The notes below the pieces were generated by a model that had not been told where the DNA came from, did not search any database, and worked only from the letters and a program-made list of their open reading frames with translations. Of a stretch of DNA of 57,575 nt, positions 10,546 to 19,284 are shown piece by piece. Origin of the DNA: an uncultured Anaerococcus sp. (GTDB lineage Bacteria; Bacillota; Clostridia; Tissierellales; Peptoniphilaceae); contig NZ_CAUPHG010000001.1 of assembly GCF_963510915.1 (NCBI RefSeq), positions 1 through 57,575 of the forward strand, given 5' to 3'. Both the position numbers and the translations under genes were made by a program. Position 1 is the first letter of the stretch; every line of letters begins with the position of its first letter.

Positions 10546-11028
10546 ATGAAAGCTACATACTATACAATCCTCCCGGCAGAAATTAGGTTAGATAAGAGAT
10601 TGTCGGCCTTTGAGAAAATTTTGTTCTCAGATATTTTGGCCCTAGCTAATAAGAAAGGCTATTGTTATGCGACCAACCAATACTTTGCAAAAATATATCA
10701 AATGTCTATATCATCAATTTCTCATGCCATATCAAAGCTTGTGGATCTTGATTTTATAAAAAGAATCTATGAATATAAGGATAAGACAAAAATGATTGAG
10801 AGGCGCAAACTATATGTACAAATTAATAACAACATACCTATTAAAAATTTCCCATACCCTCTAGTAGAAAATACCAAGCAGGATGTAGGATAAAATTGCA
10901 CAGATAATAATATAAATATAAATAATATAAAGGACAATATGGATCACACAATAAAAGTGGATAGTGAAAAAACGCCTAGGAGACACGGGGAGTCAGACTA
11001 CCTCCAAGCTATGTTGGATAGGATTTAG
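10546..11028 (+). pseudogene. Phage/MGE HTH replication-initiator-like gene with internal stop
   Basis: YYTILPAEIRLDKRLS...GYCYATNQYFA N-terminus; TAA at 10891-93, then in-frame NCTDNNININNI continues to TAG 11028. Confidence 0.65.
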
Positions 11029-11040
11029 AAAGGAGGAAAA

Positions 11041-11265
11041 ATGATAAAGGTTATCTATAAAAAAGACAAAAAATATTTAAACATAGACGGCAAAGAATAC
11101 GGTCCCAAAGCGCTCTATTTCCACATAAAAAGAACCATATCCACCTTAGAATATTTCACAAAAAGCGGCGATTGGAATGAAAAAAGGCAGGAGGAAGTAA
11201 GAGCCAGTATCCAAAAGCTTATAAATATTAAAAAAGAATACTATCCAGATGAGAATATTTGGTGA
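11041..11265 (+). CDS. Hypothetical protein
   Basis: Strong RBS AAGGAGG, 74 aa. Confidence 0.6.
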   Translation: MIKVIYKKDKKYLNIDGKEYGPKALYFHIKRTISTLEYFTKSGDWNEKRQEEVRASIQKLINIKKEYYPDENIW

Positions 11266-11282
11266 TGTAATATATGATATGT

Positions 11283-11391
11283 AAAAAAGGGTTTCCCCAC
11301 CAAACTTATTAGATTGCTCTAAAAAGCATTTTAATGAGCGAGGAAACCCTACTTATTAACACAATTATACTTTGTATATTGAGAAATACAA
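11283..11391 (-). ncRNA. Candidate small structured RNA with own promoter
   Basis: Minus strand TTGTAT-16-TATAAT, 13-bp stem AGGGTTTCCTCGC/GTGGGGAAACCCT, U-tail. Confidence 0.45.
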
Positions 11392-11419
11392 TGATGTTAA
11401 CAATTTAATAGCAAATTAA

Positions 11420-11626
11420 AAAGCTTATACATCTACTACAAAAGCAAATTCATATAATGATATGGCTAATGTAAAAATTTATATAAATAATTCAAAAATG
11501 GGTAAAGATATATCAAGTATAGGACTTGATGAGGAAGAAGTTCTTTATCAAAGGAATTCAGAATTTATAGTTAAAAATATAAGCCAAATTGGAAATGTTC
11601 GGTATTTTTATCTGAGGGAGAAATAG
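11420..11626 (+). pseudogene. C-terminal fragment of VIP2/C3-like ADP-ribosyltransferase domain
   Basis: Start-less frame AYTSTT...GKDISSIGLDEEEVLYQRNSEFIV with S-T-T and E-x-E motifs. Confidence 0.7.
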
Positions 11627-11627
11627 T

Positions 11628-11831
11628 ATGACTAAAAGACAGCTAACAGAAGAAGAAAAGCAGGAATTACTAACAAATAGATTCACTGCTCCTTTCAAAG
11701 GAGAAACAATTGGTCATGTTGAATTATCTGAGGAAGAAAAAGAAAAAGCAAAGAAAGAATTAGAAGAATTCATCAAAAAAGATGTTGAAAGAAGAAAAGC
11801 AAGAGAATTTGATGAAAAGAAAAACAAATAA
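11628..11831 (+). CDS. Small charged phage protein immediately after ART fragment
   Basis: ATG 1 nt after ART stop, RBS GAGGGAG. Confidence 0.65.
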   Translation: MTKRQLTEEEKQELLTNRFTAPFKGETIGHVELSEEEKEKAKKELEEFIKKDVERRKAREFDEKKNK

Positions 11832-11914
11832 TTTCTTGAACATTGAAATAATAAAGATAAGCACTTATGACATTCAGTTAGAGGTGCTTTTTTAGTACAA
11901 AAAAAGGAGAAAAA

Positions 11915-12181
11915 ATGGATAGTTATAAATTTCAAAAAGCCTGCAAAGAATGGTTAATCAAGCATTACAAAGAAAACTTTAATAAAGGTTTGAGTATAGA
12001 AGATATATTTGTAGTTTGGTCTTGTAAGATTTTACAAAATAATAAGATACTAATTTCTACAACTCTTTTAGACGGAATATATGTAGAATGCACACAAAAT
12101 GGAGATAATCAAGAAACATATTTTGACATCTATAAAAAGCAAAACAATATTATGTTTAGCAATGGAGAATTAATAGGTTAA
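11915..12181 (+). CDS. Conserved small phage protein (DUF6275-like)
   Basis: DIFVVWSCKILQNNKILISTT; close paralogue of 47115..47384. Confidence 0.75.
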   Translation: MDSYKFQKACKEWLIKHYKENFNKGLSIEDIFVVWSCKILQNNKILISTTLLDGIYVECTQNGDNQETYFDIYKKQNNIMFSNGELIG

Positions 12182-12199
12182 TCAATTATAAACATATAA

Positions 12200-12304
12200 A
12201 AAATAAACAAAGCACATGGCGAGACCCAAAGGAAAATCCTTTTAAGGGGTCACGTATGTGCTTTGTTATTAACAATAATGTACTACAAAACAGAAAAAAA
12301 TCAA
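12200..12304 (-). ncRNA. Candidate small structured RNA with own promoter
   Basis: Minus strand TTGATT-16-TACATT; nested stems AACAAAGCACAT/ATGTGCTTTGTT, GACCC/GGGTC, AAAGGA/TCCTTT. Confidence 0.45.
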
Positions 12305-12514
12305 GATATAAAGTTAATACATTATTCAAAGAAAATTAGAAAATAATCGTGAATTAATCGTGTGGATTTTCACACAAAGCAAGTAAATATCAAGGAATTA
12401 ATCGTGCGGAAATCGTGCGATTTTTTTATAGTCTTTTTTGTATTGAAGACGTTAAAGAACAAAGACATATATGTTGGACTGAACCAAGGTAAAAATGTTT
12501 ATTAAGGAGACAGA

Positions 12515-12712
12515 ATGAAAAAGGAAGATTTTGTAAAATTAGGTGTGGATGAAGAATTGGCTTCTAAGCTTGAGGAAAAGTCCCTGGAGGAATTAAAGTC
12601 TTATGTGCCTTATGAGAGATTTAAGGAAGTAAATGATGAAAAAAGCAAATTTAAGACTGATATAAAGGATAGGGATACTAGATACGAGATATTGGATATA
12701 TACTATGGCTAA
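12515..12712 (+). pseudogene. Truncated phage scaffolding protein (GP20-like) N-terminus
   Basis: MKKEDFVKLG...YVPYERFKEVNDEK...IKDRD, then abrupt end. Confidence 0.65.
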
Positions 12713-12852
12713 GCTTTAATTTTATGATAAAAATACTACATTAGCTCATATTTTGATATAAAAAGCATTTTTATACAAAAAAGACAGAATAATTATTATT
12801 CCGTCTTGTGTATTTTGCATGGTTTTTAATTTTATACTGAATAAAATTTATA

Positions 12853-12869
12853 TGGTGCGGGATAGAAGG
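12853..12869 (-). other. Putative att core: 3' end of a tRNA (possibly tRNA-Leu)
   Basis: Reverse complement CCTTCTATCCCGCACCA (T-stem/acceptor half plus CCA), ~80 bp beyond the integrase stop; no full tRNA here. Confidence 0.6.
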
Positions 12870-12946
12870 CGTAAACAAATGACTTGTAAGCCTTGTAATT
12901 ACAAGGCTTTTAAAATTCAATGCTACAAAAATGCTACAGGTTTTTT

Positions 12947-14008
12947 CTAGGCGTTTTTTGCCATATAATTAACAAAGTTATCTAGTGCATCTGTTTTATC
13001 TTTTTTGGTTACATGAGTGTAGATATTTAAGGTAGTTTCCACTTTGGTATGTCTCATTCTTTTTTGTACATATTTTACACTAGCACCACTAGCAAAGAGT
13101 AGGGTTGCATGGGTATGTCTTAGGTCGTGGACTCTTATTTCTTTTAATCCTAGGTCTTTTAAAGCTTTTTTTAGCTTGTCTGATATATCTGATAGTCGTC
13201 TATGTTTACCCTTTCCATTTGGGAATACTATATCAGAATTTGCTTGTAGTTTGTATTCTTTTAGTATGAGTACTGTTCCTGGATCTAAATCTAGGGTTGC
13301 TTTAGACGCTTCAGTTTTTGGACTTGATACTATCACCTTTTTATCTTCGCCTATTCCTAGGGTTTTATCAATTGCTATAGTGTTTTGCTTTAGGTCTAGG
13401 TTCTCCCATGTTAGGGCTAGGGTTTCACCTCTTCTAAGTCCTGTATATATCATTAACCTAAAGAGGGCTAGCCAGTATATATCACCTTTGAAGTAGTCTA
13501 GTAACTTAGCAACTTCATCTGGTTCTAGGTAGTTAATTTGTTCTTGGGGTGCTTTAAAGTCTGGTAAGATTACATCATTGAATGGATTTTTTGGTAAGGC
13601 ATATACTTTTACCGCATATTTCATAACTCTTTTAGCATAATTAAAGTATTCTTTACCTTTTACAAATTGGGATAAACTCATTGCAAACATCTGGCAAATT
13701 TTTGTATTGATATCTTCTATCTTCATATCACCAAATAAAGGTAAGATATGGAGTCTATATATACTAGTTGCTGACTCATAGGTTGTTTCTTTTACCTTGG
13801 TTTTATATACATCTAGCCATTCTTCGTATATTTCTTGATAGGTAAAATTGCCGTTTAGCTTATCATTGTAATTTTGTATCAATTCATTGTATGCAAAGAT
13901 AGCGGCATTTTGACTTTTATATCCACCTTTCCTGGTGACTTTATCACCTAATCTGATTTGGAATTTATACCTGGTTCCGCTTTTAGTTTTGTATTGTTCA
14001 ATTTTCAT
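12947..14008 (-). CDS. int: Tyrosine integrase
   Basis: TGLRRGE, HDLRHTHAT, RMRH...TTLNIYTHV catalytic motifs. Confidence 0.95.
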   Translation of the reverse strand: MKIEQYKTKSGTRYKFQIRLGDKVTRKGGYKSQNAAIFAYNELIQNYNDKLNGNFTYQEIYEEWLDVYKTKVKETTYESATSIYRLHILPLFGDMKIEDINTKICQMFAMSLSQFVKGKEYFNYAKRVMKYAVKVYALPKNPFNDVILPDFKAPQEQINYLEPDEVAKLLDYFKGDIYWLALFRLMIYTGLRRGETLALTWENLDLKQNTIAIDKTLGIGEDKKVIVSSPKTEASKATLDLDPGTVLILKEYKLQANSDIVFPNGKGKHRRLSDISDKLKKALKDLGLKEIRVHDLRHTHATLLFASGASVKYVQKRMRHTKVETTLNIYTHVTKKDKTDALDNFVNYMAKNA

Positions 14009-14141
14009 TTTTTCCTCCTATTATTGCCCTGTTATTTTTATAGGGTTTCTGATATAATAGAAGTGTAGGCACACTTCTATTGTGTTTACGTACGCTTAAA
14101 AAGACCTTTGCTTTTGTGGTGATTGCTGGGGTCTTTTTTGT

Positions 14142-14960
14142 TTAGTATGATTCACCTTCAAAATATTTGTATGCGGTATGTTGGAAAGTATCGCTTGATA
14201 CAAATATATAGGTTGTATGAGTTTCGCCATCGTCATTTTTTAATTGGTATACGCCTACTGGTAAAGCCCATATTTTCAAATAATTATTCTTATTGCCGTT
14301 AGGGTATAGGTAGTTACTTATATTTCCACAATAAAATACGGTGAAATAGTGGACGTCGTCTCTACTTGGGTTTGGGAAAAATCCTACCTGGTAAACATTA
14401 AATTTGTCAGAATCAAGAGAAGCTTTAAATTCTCTAAAATAAGTACCCTCAATTTTTGTTATAGGTTGAGGAGTTTTTGCATCTACATATAATTCGTCCC
14501 AAAACACGCTATTAAACATATTTATCATAGTATCAGATGCACTATCATCTAAAAATATTTCTGGATTGTTCTTAATAAGTTTTACTGATTCATCAAATGT
14601 TACAGAACTTACTGCATCAGCGGTCATAGCCTTTACATTATCCATTATAATATCAGACAAATTAGACGGTTTCTTCTTTTCCAATTCAGCCTTTATTTCT
14701 TTTAATCCACTTTTATCTGTAGGCTTAGGCTCGCTTTTATACTTCTTTTCAGCGTCTTTAATATTCTGTTGTATTTGTTCGCTATAGCTAAGTTCTTTTT
14801 CGCCCTTTGCGTCATCATTGCCTTTTAATTCTTTTACATTAGCTTTTAAGTCTTCTATTTCCTGTTTTAACTCTTTGACTTCTTTAGTATCATCTTTTTT
14901 AGTATCGCAACCTACAAGTGCTAGTATAGCAAGTGCAAGCATTAATGATTTTTTCTTCAT
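14142..14960 (-). CDS. Prophage lipoprotein (lysogenic module)
   Basis: MKKKSL...LALVGC lipobox; located between repressor and integrase. Confidence 0.75.
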   Translation of the reverse strand: MKKKSLMLALAILALVGCDTKKDDTKEVKELKQEIEDLKANVKELKGNDDAKGEKELSYSEQIQQNIKDAEKKYKSEPKPTDKSGLKEIKAELEKKKPSNLSDIIMDNVKAMTADAVSSVTFDESVKLIKNNPEIFLDDSASDTMINMFNSVFWDELYVDAKTPQPITKIEGTYFREFKASLDSDKFNVYQVGFFPNPSRDDVHYFTVFYCGNISNYLYPNGNKNNYLKIWALPVGVYQLKNDDGETHTTYIFVSSDTFQHTAYKYFEGESY

Positions 14961-15010
14961 GATATTCTCCATAAATATATGATAAGGGGTAGGGGCTATT
15001 GCCCCTACTT

Positions 15011-15667
15011 TTACTTATCTCTTTTACTGAATACACCTACCATTTTGCCTAGGATCATAATGTTGTTATATTCTCCTTGCTTAACTAGGATAGGTTTATA
15101 AGCGTCGTTTGCTGGTTGTAGTATCAGCGTGTCGTCCATCTTAATAACTTTCTTTAGCGTGGTTTGGTCGTCTAGTAAAACCGCTGCTATGGTTCCGGAT
15201 TCCACATCAGGGGTTTCTTTGAAAAAGACTATATCGCCTTCGTGAATATTAGCATCTATCATGCTATCGCCATCTGCCACTAGAGAGAAATCCGCTTTGC
15301 ACAATTCAGGATCTAACTTGAAGTATCCTTCATAGTTGCATTCTGATAATACAGGCATACCGCATTGGATATGGCCTAGTATCGGGACTGTTATTAAGTT
15401 TTCTACCCTATGAACACCTGGTAAACTATAAACATCTATCCTTGGTCGCTCGATTAAATCTGATTTTTCAATTTTGAAATAATTTGCCAACAATTCAATT
15501 TTATCAATTCTAGGATATTTGTTAGCATTAATCCAATCAGATAACGTGCTATATGGAACATCTATAATCTCTGATAAGGTATTTCTATCAACATCTTTAA
15601 GCTCCATATATCTTTTTAGGTTTTTAGCCAATATATCTTTATTACCTAAGTCACTCACTTTTTTCAC
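15011..15667 (-). CDS. cI: CI-like repressor (XRE HTH plus S24 autopeptidase)
   Basis: N-terminal HTH, IQCG cleavage site, GDSM serine and TLKK lysine. Confidence 0.92.
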   Translation of the reverse strand: MKKVSDLGNKDILAKNLKRYMELKDVDRNTLSEIIDVPYSTLSDWINANKYPRIDKIELLANYFKIEKSDLIERPRIDVYSLPGVHRVENLITVPILGHIQCGMPVLSECNYEGYFKLDPELCKADFSLVADGDSMIDANIHEGDIVFFKETPDVESGTIAAVLLDDQTTLKKVIKMDDTLILQPANDAYKPILVKQGEYNNIMILGKMVGVFSKRDK

Positions 15668-15683
15668 CTCCTTTACATATATG

Positions 15684-15791
15684 ATTATAACACTTTAAGC
15701 GTAAAAAATCAATAAGAAAAGCTAATATTTTACACATAAAACGTAAAACTTAAATATTTTTCTTGACAAAACGCTAAAAGCGTAATATAAT
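15684..15791. promoter_or_regulatory. Divergent genetic switch: two SigA promoters and three 13-bp operators
   Basis: Minus TTGATT-17-TATAAT (15712-15684), plus TTGACA-17-TATAAT (15763-15791); ACRCWWWAARCGT at 15690, 15732, 15771. Confidence 0.8.
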
Positions 15792-15816
15792 TGGTAACAG
15801 AAAGTGAGGTGAGCCT

Positions 15817-16029
15817 ATGAGTGAAATTAAAATGACACTAAAAGCCTTAAGAATTAATAATAACTACACACAACAAGAGGCGGGCGAAAAGCTAGGTGTT
15901 ACAAAGGACACAATTAGTAGATGGGAAAATGCTAGGTCTTTTCCAGATGCAATGCAAATAAAAGCCATCGAAAAATTGTATAACGTAACATATAATAATA
16001 TTATTTTTTTAGGCAAAAATAACGCTTAA
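15817..16029 (+). CDS. cro: Cro-like HTH regulator
   Basis: TLKALR...TQQEAGEKLGVTKDTISRWE; divergent from CI. Confidence 0.9.
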   Translation: MSEIKMTLKALRINNNYTQQEAGEKLGVTKDTISRWENARSFPDAMQIKAIEKLYNVTYNNIIFLGKNNA

Positions 16030-16055
16030 AGCGTAAATTCACATAGGAGACTGGA

Positions 16056-16259
16056 ATGGACGATTTTATAAAAAACATAAAAAAAGACCTAGAAGAAATC
16101 AGAAATAATAGGCCAGCCTATGTACCCTTTAATGAATGTAGAGGATTTTTAGACTGGTTTAACAAGAATGAAGGGACAAGACAAAGATATTGGTTTGATT
16201 GTTTTATATCAGGTCTTGTGGCAATGATAACAACGATTTTGATTAATAAATGCCGTTAA
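16056..16259 (+). CDS. Small phage protein with C-terminal hydrophobic helix
   Basis: RBS AGGAG, 67 aa. Confidence 0.55.
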   Translation: MDDFIKNIKKDLEEIRNNRPAYVPFNECRGFLDWFNKNEGTRQRYWFDCFISGLVAMITTILINKCR

Positions 16260-16618
16260 CGACGATTGAGAAAATAGTCGGTTAGGATTGTAACAATAAT
16301 AGGCACAAGAATGGACTTATTTAAGAAGTTACACAAATTAATAAAAGAAATTTGGTAAGGTCTATAACCTTTATGAGTAAAAGTAATTGATTTATTATCA
16401 ATTTCTAAATATTCATTTTCTTTTAAAAACTTTAATTCATCAATCCTAGCAATTAATGAGCAAGATTGATCATAGGTGTAATAAGAAGATTTAACAAATT
16501 TTAAAGTTTTGTAATTGACTATTAAAGCTTGGTTTTCTAAGTCGTTAGTATCAAAAATGTAAGGATTATCTATTTGTTTAAGATTATGTAAGAGTACAGC
16601 TGATTCAAAAGTTAGCAT
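16256..16618 (-). CDS. Counter-oriented phage protein with C-terminal TM segment
   Basis: RBS AAGGA before ATG 16618; ILVPIIVTILT tail. Confidence 0.55.
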   Translation of the reverse strand: MLTFESAVLLHNLKQIDNPYIFDTNDLENQALIVNYKTLKFVKSSYYTYDQSCSLIARIDELKFLKENEYLEIDNKSITFTHKGYRPYQISFINLCNFLNKSILVPIIVTILTDYFLNRR

Positions 16619-16683
16619 AATTAATTCCTTTTTACTTATATTATATGACAAATAGATATTTAAGAAAAGCATAGGAGACTGGA

Positions 16684-16884
16684 ATGGAAAAAGTAGAAGA
16701 AAGGCTGACTGTTTTAAAAGACTATATGACCCTACAAGATATGAAAGACTACTTTCAGTTTAAGGACAATAAAACCTTTAGTGAGTGGGAGCAAAAAGGA
16801 CTTAGAATAGTTAAGCTTACAGGGAAATCAAAACTCTACAAAAAAGAAGACATTATAGAGTTTTTAGATAACATGAGGACTTAG
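16684..16884 (+). CDS. Excisionase-like winged-helix protein
   Basis: YMTLQDM...WEQKGL...LYKKEDIIEFL pattern. Confidence 0.65.
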   Translation: MEKVEERLTVLKDYMTLQDMKDYFQFKDNKTFSEWEQKGLRIVKLTGKSKLYKKEDIIEFLDNMRT

Positions 16885-16892
16885 GAGGATAA

Positions 16893-18017
16893 ATGCTAAT
16901 TGACATTGAAAAAGTAAAGGTAGGCGACCGAATCAGAAAGGATATGGGAGACCTTAAAGAGTTATCAGATGATATAGCAAAAAATGGGCTTATCAATCCG
17001 CCAGTAGTGACTCCAGACTTTGAACTTATAGCAGGTGAAAGAAGGCTAGAAGCTATGAAAAAGCTAGGCTATAAGCAAGTAGAAGTTAGGATCATGAAGG
17101 TAGAAGATGCTGAACATAAGTTAAACCTTGAAATCAACGAAAACGAAAACAGAAAAGACTTCAATAAGTCAGAAAGAATCGAGTATGCAAGGCAGCTTGA
17201 AAGGATTGAGAGAGTCAAGGCAAAAGAAAGACAAGGCAATAGGACAGACCTTGACGTTACCCAAAATTTTGTGGGAAGTGAGACAGACGATATTGTAGCA
17301 AGAAAACTAGAGATAGGAAGCGGCGAGCAATACAGAAAAGAAAAGTACATTGCCGACAATGCCGACCCAGAAACACTTGAACAATGGAACAATGAGGAAA
17401 TAAGCACACACAAGGCTTATACCAAGGTTAAAGAGCTAGAAAAACAACTAGAAGAAAGTACAGCAGCAAACAAAAGACTAGCTGATAAAGTGATCGAGCT
17501 AGAGCAAAGAGAACCAGAAATCATAGAAAAAGAGGTTATACCAGAAGATTATAAAGACCTACAAGATGAATTAAAAGAGTTAATGGCCTATCAAAAAGAG
17601 CTAGAGAACAAGCTATACGAATTACAAAAAGAGCCTAAAGAAGAAGTTAAAGAAGTTATTAAAGAAGTAGATAGGGCTGATATAAGGTACTACAAATCAG
17701 AAATCAAAAGACTTAAAGATGACCTACAGAAAGAAATTACAAAAAATCTTAGCTTAATTAACGATAAAAAGTTAGCGATAAGTCAATTAGAAACAGAAGA
17801 AGCACACAGAAAGAGAGTAAGTGATATTACTAGTATGCACTACTCAATAGCAGGATTTTTAAGAAGTATAGGCGGCCAATTATATCTAACAGAATATTTA
17901 GAAGAGGTTACACCTAGAGAAAGAAATCTATACCTAGATTCAGTTAAACATTTAAGAGAATTTTCAGAACAGTTATATATCAATTGTGAAGAAGCAATAA
18001 AAAAATATAGGAGCTAG
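16893..18017 (+). CDS. ParB N-terminal domain protein with coiled-coil C-terminus
   Basis: GLINPPVV...LIAGERRLEA, ENENRKDF, QGNRTDL. Confidence 0.85.
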   Translation: MLIDIEKVKVGDRIRKDMGDLKELSDDIAKNGLINPPVVTPDFELIAGERRLEAMKKLGYKQVEVRIMKVEDAEHKLNLEINENENRKDFNKSERIEYARQLERIERVKAKERQGNRTDLDVTQNFVGSETDDIVARKLEIGSGEQYRKEKYIADNADPETLEQWNNEEISTHKAYTKVKELEKQLEESTAANKRLADKVIELEQREPEIIEKEVIPEDYKDLQDELKELMAYQKELENKLYELQKEPKEEVKEVIKEVDRADIRYYKSEIKRLKDDLQKEITKNLSLINDKKLAISQLETEEAHRKRVSDITSMHYSIAGFLRSIGGQLYLTEYLEEVTPRERNLYLDSVKHLREFSEQLYINCEEAIKKYRS

Positions 18018-18019
18018 AC

Positions 18020-18505
18020 ATGACAGAATACACAAACAAAACACCAAAAACTAAAAGCGATATGAACTTTATACAAACAGTAGATGCGATGAACAAAGCA
18101 TTAGCAATGACAAATAACTTACTAACAGATATGAGAGGGGAATTTGTAGAGTTTAGGCGAGAACAAGCAGATTTTAGGCAAGAGCATAAGGAGCTAACTC
18201 AAAGAGTTGATGATTTAGAATTATCATACGAAATAACTCATGACCAAGAAGACAATATAACTTACAACGTAAGAAGGCTGGCGAAAGAATTAGTAGGATA
18301 TCCAAGCTATATATATGGGGTAACTTGTAGCGACATTTACAGGTTTTTAAGAAGAAATTACAACCTAGCTAGTGCAGTTGGAAAAACCGAGAAAAGATAC
18401 TATGAGGGAATAATCAAGGGATTAAACTCATACGAAGAAGTGCAATTTGATAGTGACAAGTTATATGAACATAAAAAGAAACTAGACGAAGCTAAGAAAG
18501 GTTGA
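18020..18505 (+). CDS. Phage protein, possibly ORF6C-like
   Basis: Coiled coil followed by an ORF6C-like C-terminal region; early operon. Confidence 0.5.
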   Translation: MTEYTNKTPKTKSDMNFIQTVDAMNKALAMTNNLLTDMRGEFVEFRREQADFRQEHKELTQRVDDLELSYEITHDQEDNITYNVRRLAKELVGYPSYIYGVTCSDIYRFLRRNYNLASAVGKTEKRYYEGIIKGLNSYEEVQFDSDKLYEHKKKLDEAKKG

Positions 18506-18509
18506 AACA

Positions 18510-18857
18510 ATGCAAAGACTATACAGACCAACAAATAAAGAACTACCACAAATCAAAATAGAAAGACCAGAAGACGTAATAGGACCTAGATGGGCTAGGG
18601 AGATAAAAAGGATACCTGGAAGAAAAGAGAGATACGAACTTTATAAGGCAAATAAAAAAAGCCTTGATCCTATCGATAGTGCAAGACTAAAGGAATTAGA
18701 AGGCTTAGCAGATAAAAGACTAAAAGAAAAAACACTAATCACAGGCCTAGCTATAGTGTGGATTCTAATATCCATGTTTGGCAGGACACCTTATTGTGCA
18801 ATGTGGGGAGTCCCTTTTGCAGTAATAACCTTAATTGCCGGCTTGTGGCTAGTGTAA
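18510..18857 (+). CDS. Phage membrane protein
   Basis: Two C-terminal hydrophobic helices. Confidence 0.6.
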   Translation: MQRLYRPTNKELPQIKIERPEDVIGPRWAREIKRIPGRKERYELYKANKKSLDPIDSARLKELEGLADKRLKEKTLITGLAIVWILISMFGRTPYCAMWGVPFAVITLIAGLWLV

Positions 18858-18917
18858 TTTCAAAAGTTAAACATAGGTAAATTATACCCTATGTTTTACA
18901 AAAAGAAAAGAGAAAAG

Positions 18918-19100
18918 ATGAAAATAGAAGACCAACAAAAATATTTTGAAGATTTACAAAGTAGAAGTCTAGAAACTCTAATTTTTATGGAGAGAAAGAT
19001 AGAACAGACTGAAAACGAAAAAGACAGATCAGACAAGCTAGCTATGTTAAGAGTTGCAATCAGCAGCAAAACAAAGCTAAAAAGGAGTTTTCATGACTAG
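18918..19100 (+). CDS. Hypothetical phage protein
   Basis: ORF in operon, overlaps next gene. Confidence 0.5.
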   Translation: MKIEDQQKYFEDLQSRSLETLIFMERKIEQTENEKDRSDKLAMLRVAISSKTKLKRSFHD

Positions 19101-19284
19101 GAAAGAGATTAGGCTATGGATATCCAAGCGGGATATTGATGCAGTAATTTATCTAAATGGAATTTTTGAAAAACTAGACAAAGAAAAACTAAGTCATGAC
19201 GAAAAAATACTAACAGAAGAATTATCAAAAGAAATTAGGAGAAAAGTATATGCACGTAACTTTAAAGAAATTAACCCTAAGTAA
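19093..19284 (+). CDS. Hypothetical phage protein
   Basis: RBS AAGGAG, overlapping neighbours. Confidence 0.55.
   Translation: MTRKEIRLWISKRDIDAVIYLNGIFEKLDKEKLSHDEKILTEELSKEIRRKVYARNFKEINPK

Larger units (their letters stand above)
10546..12852. mobile_element. Degenerate prophage remnant
   Basis: Broken replication gene, ART fragment, phage small-protein homologue, truncated scaffold; next to a tRNA 3'-end fragment. Confidence 0.65.

Noticed and set aside
12853..12869. Intact tRNA gene
   Set aside because: Only the 3' ~17 nt are present; no anticodon or D arm
13044..13496. 150-aa plus-strand ORF (and similar antisense ORFs such as 38598..39152 and 51209..51571)
   Set aside because: Shadow frames antisense to integrase, terminase and scaffold genes
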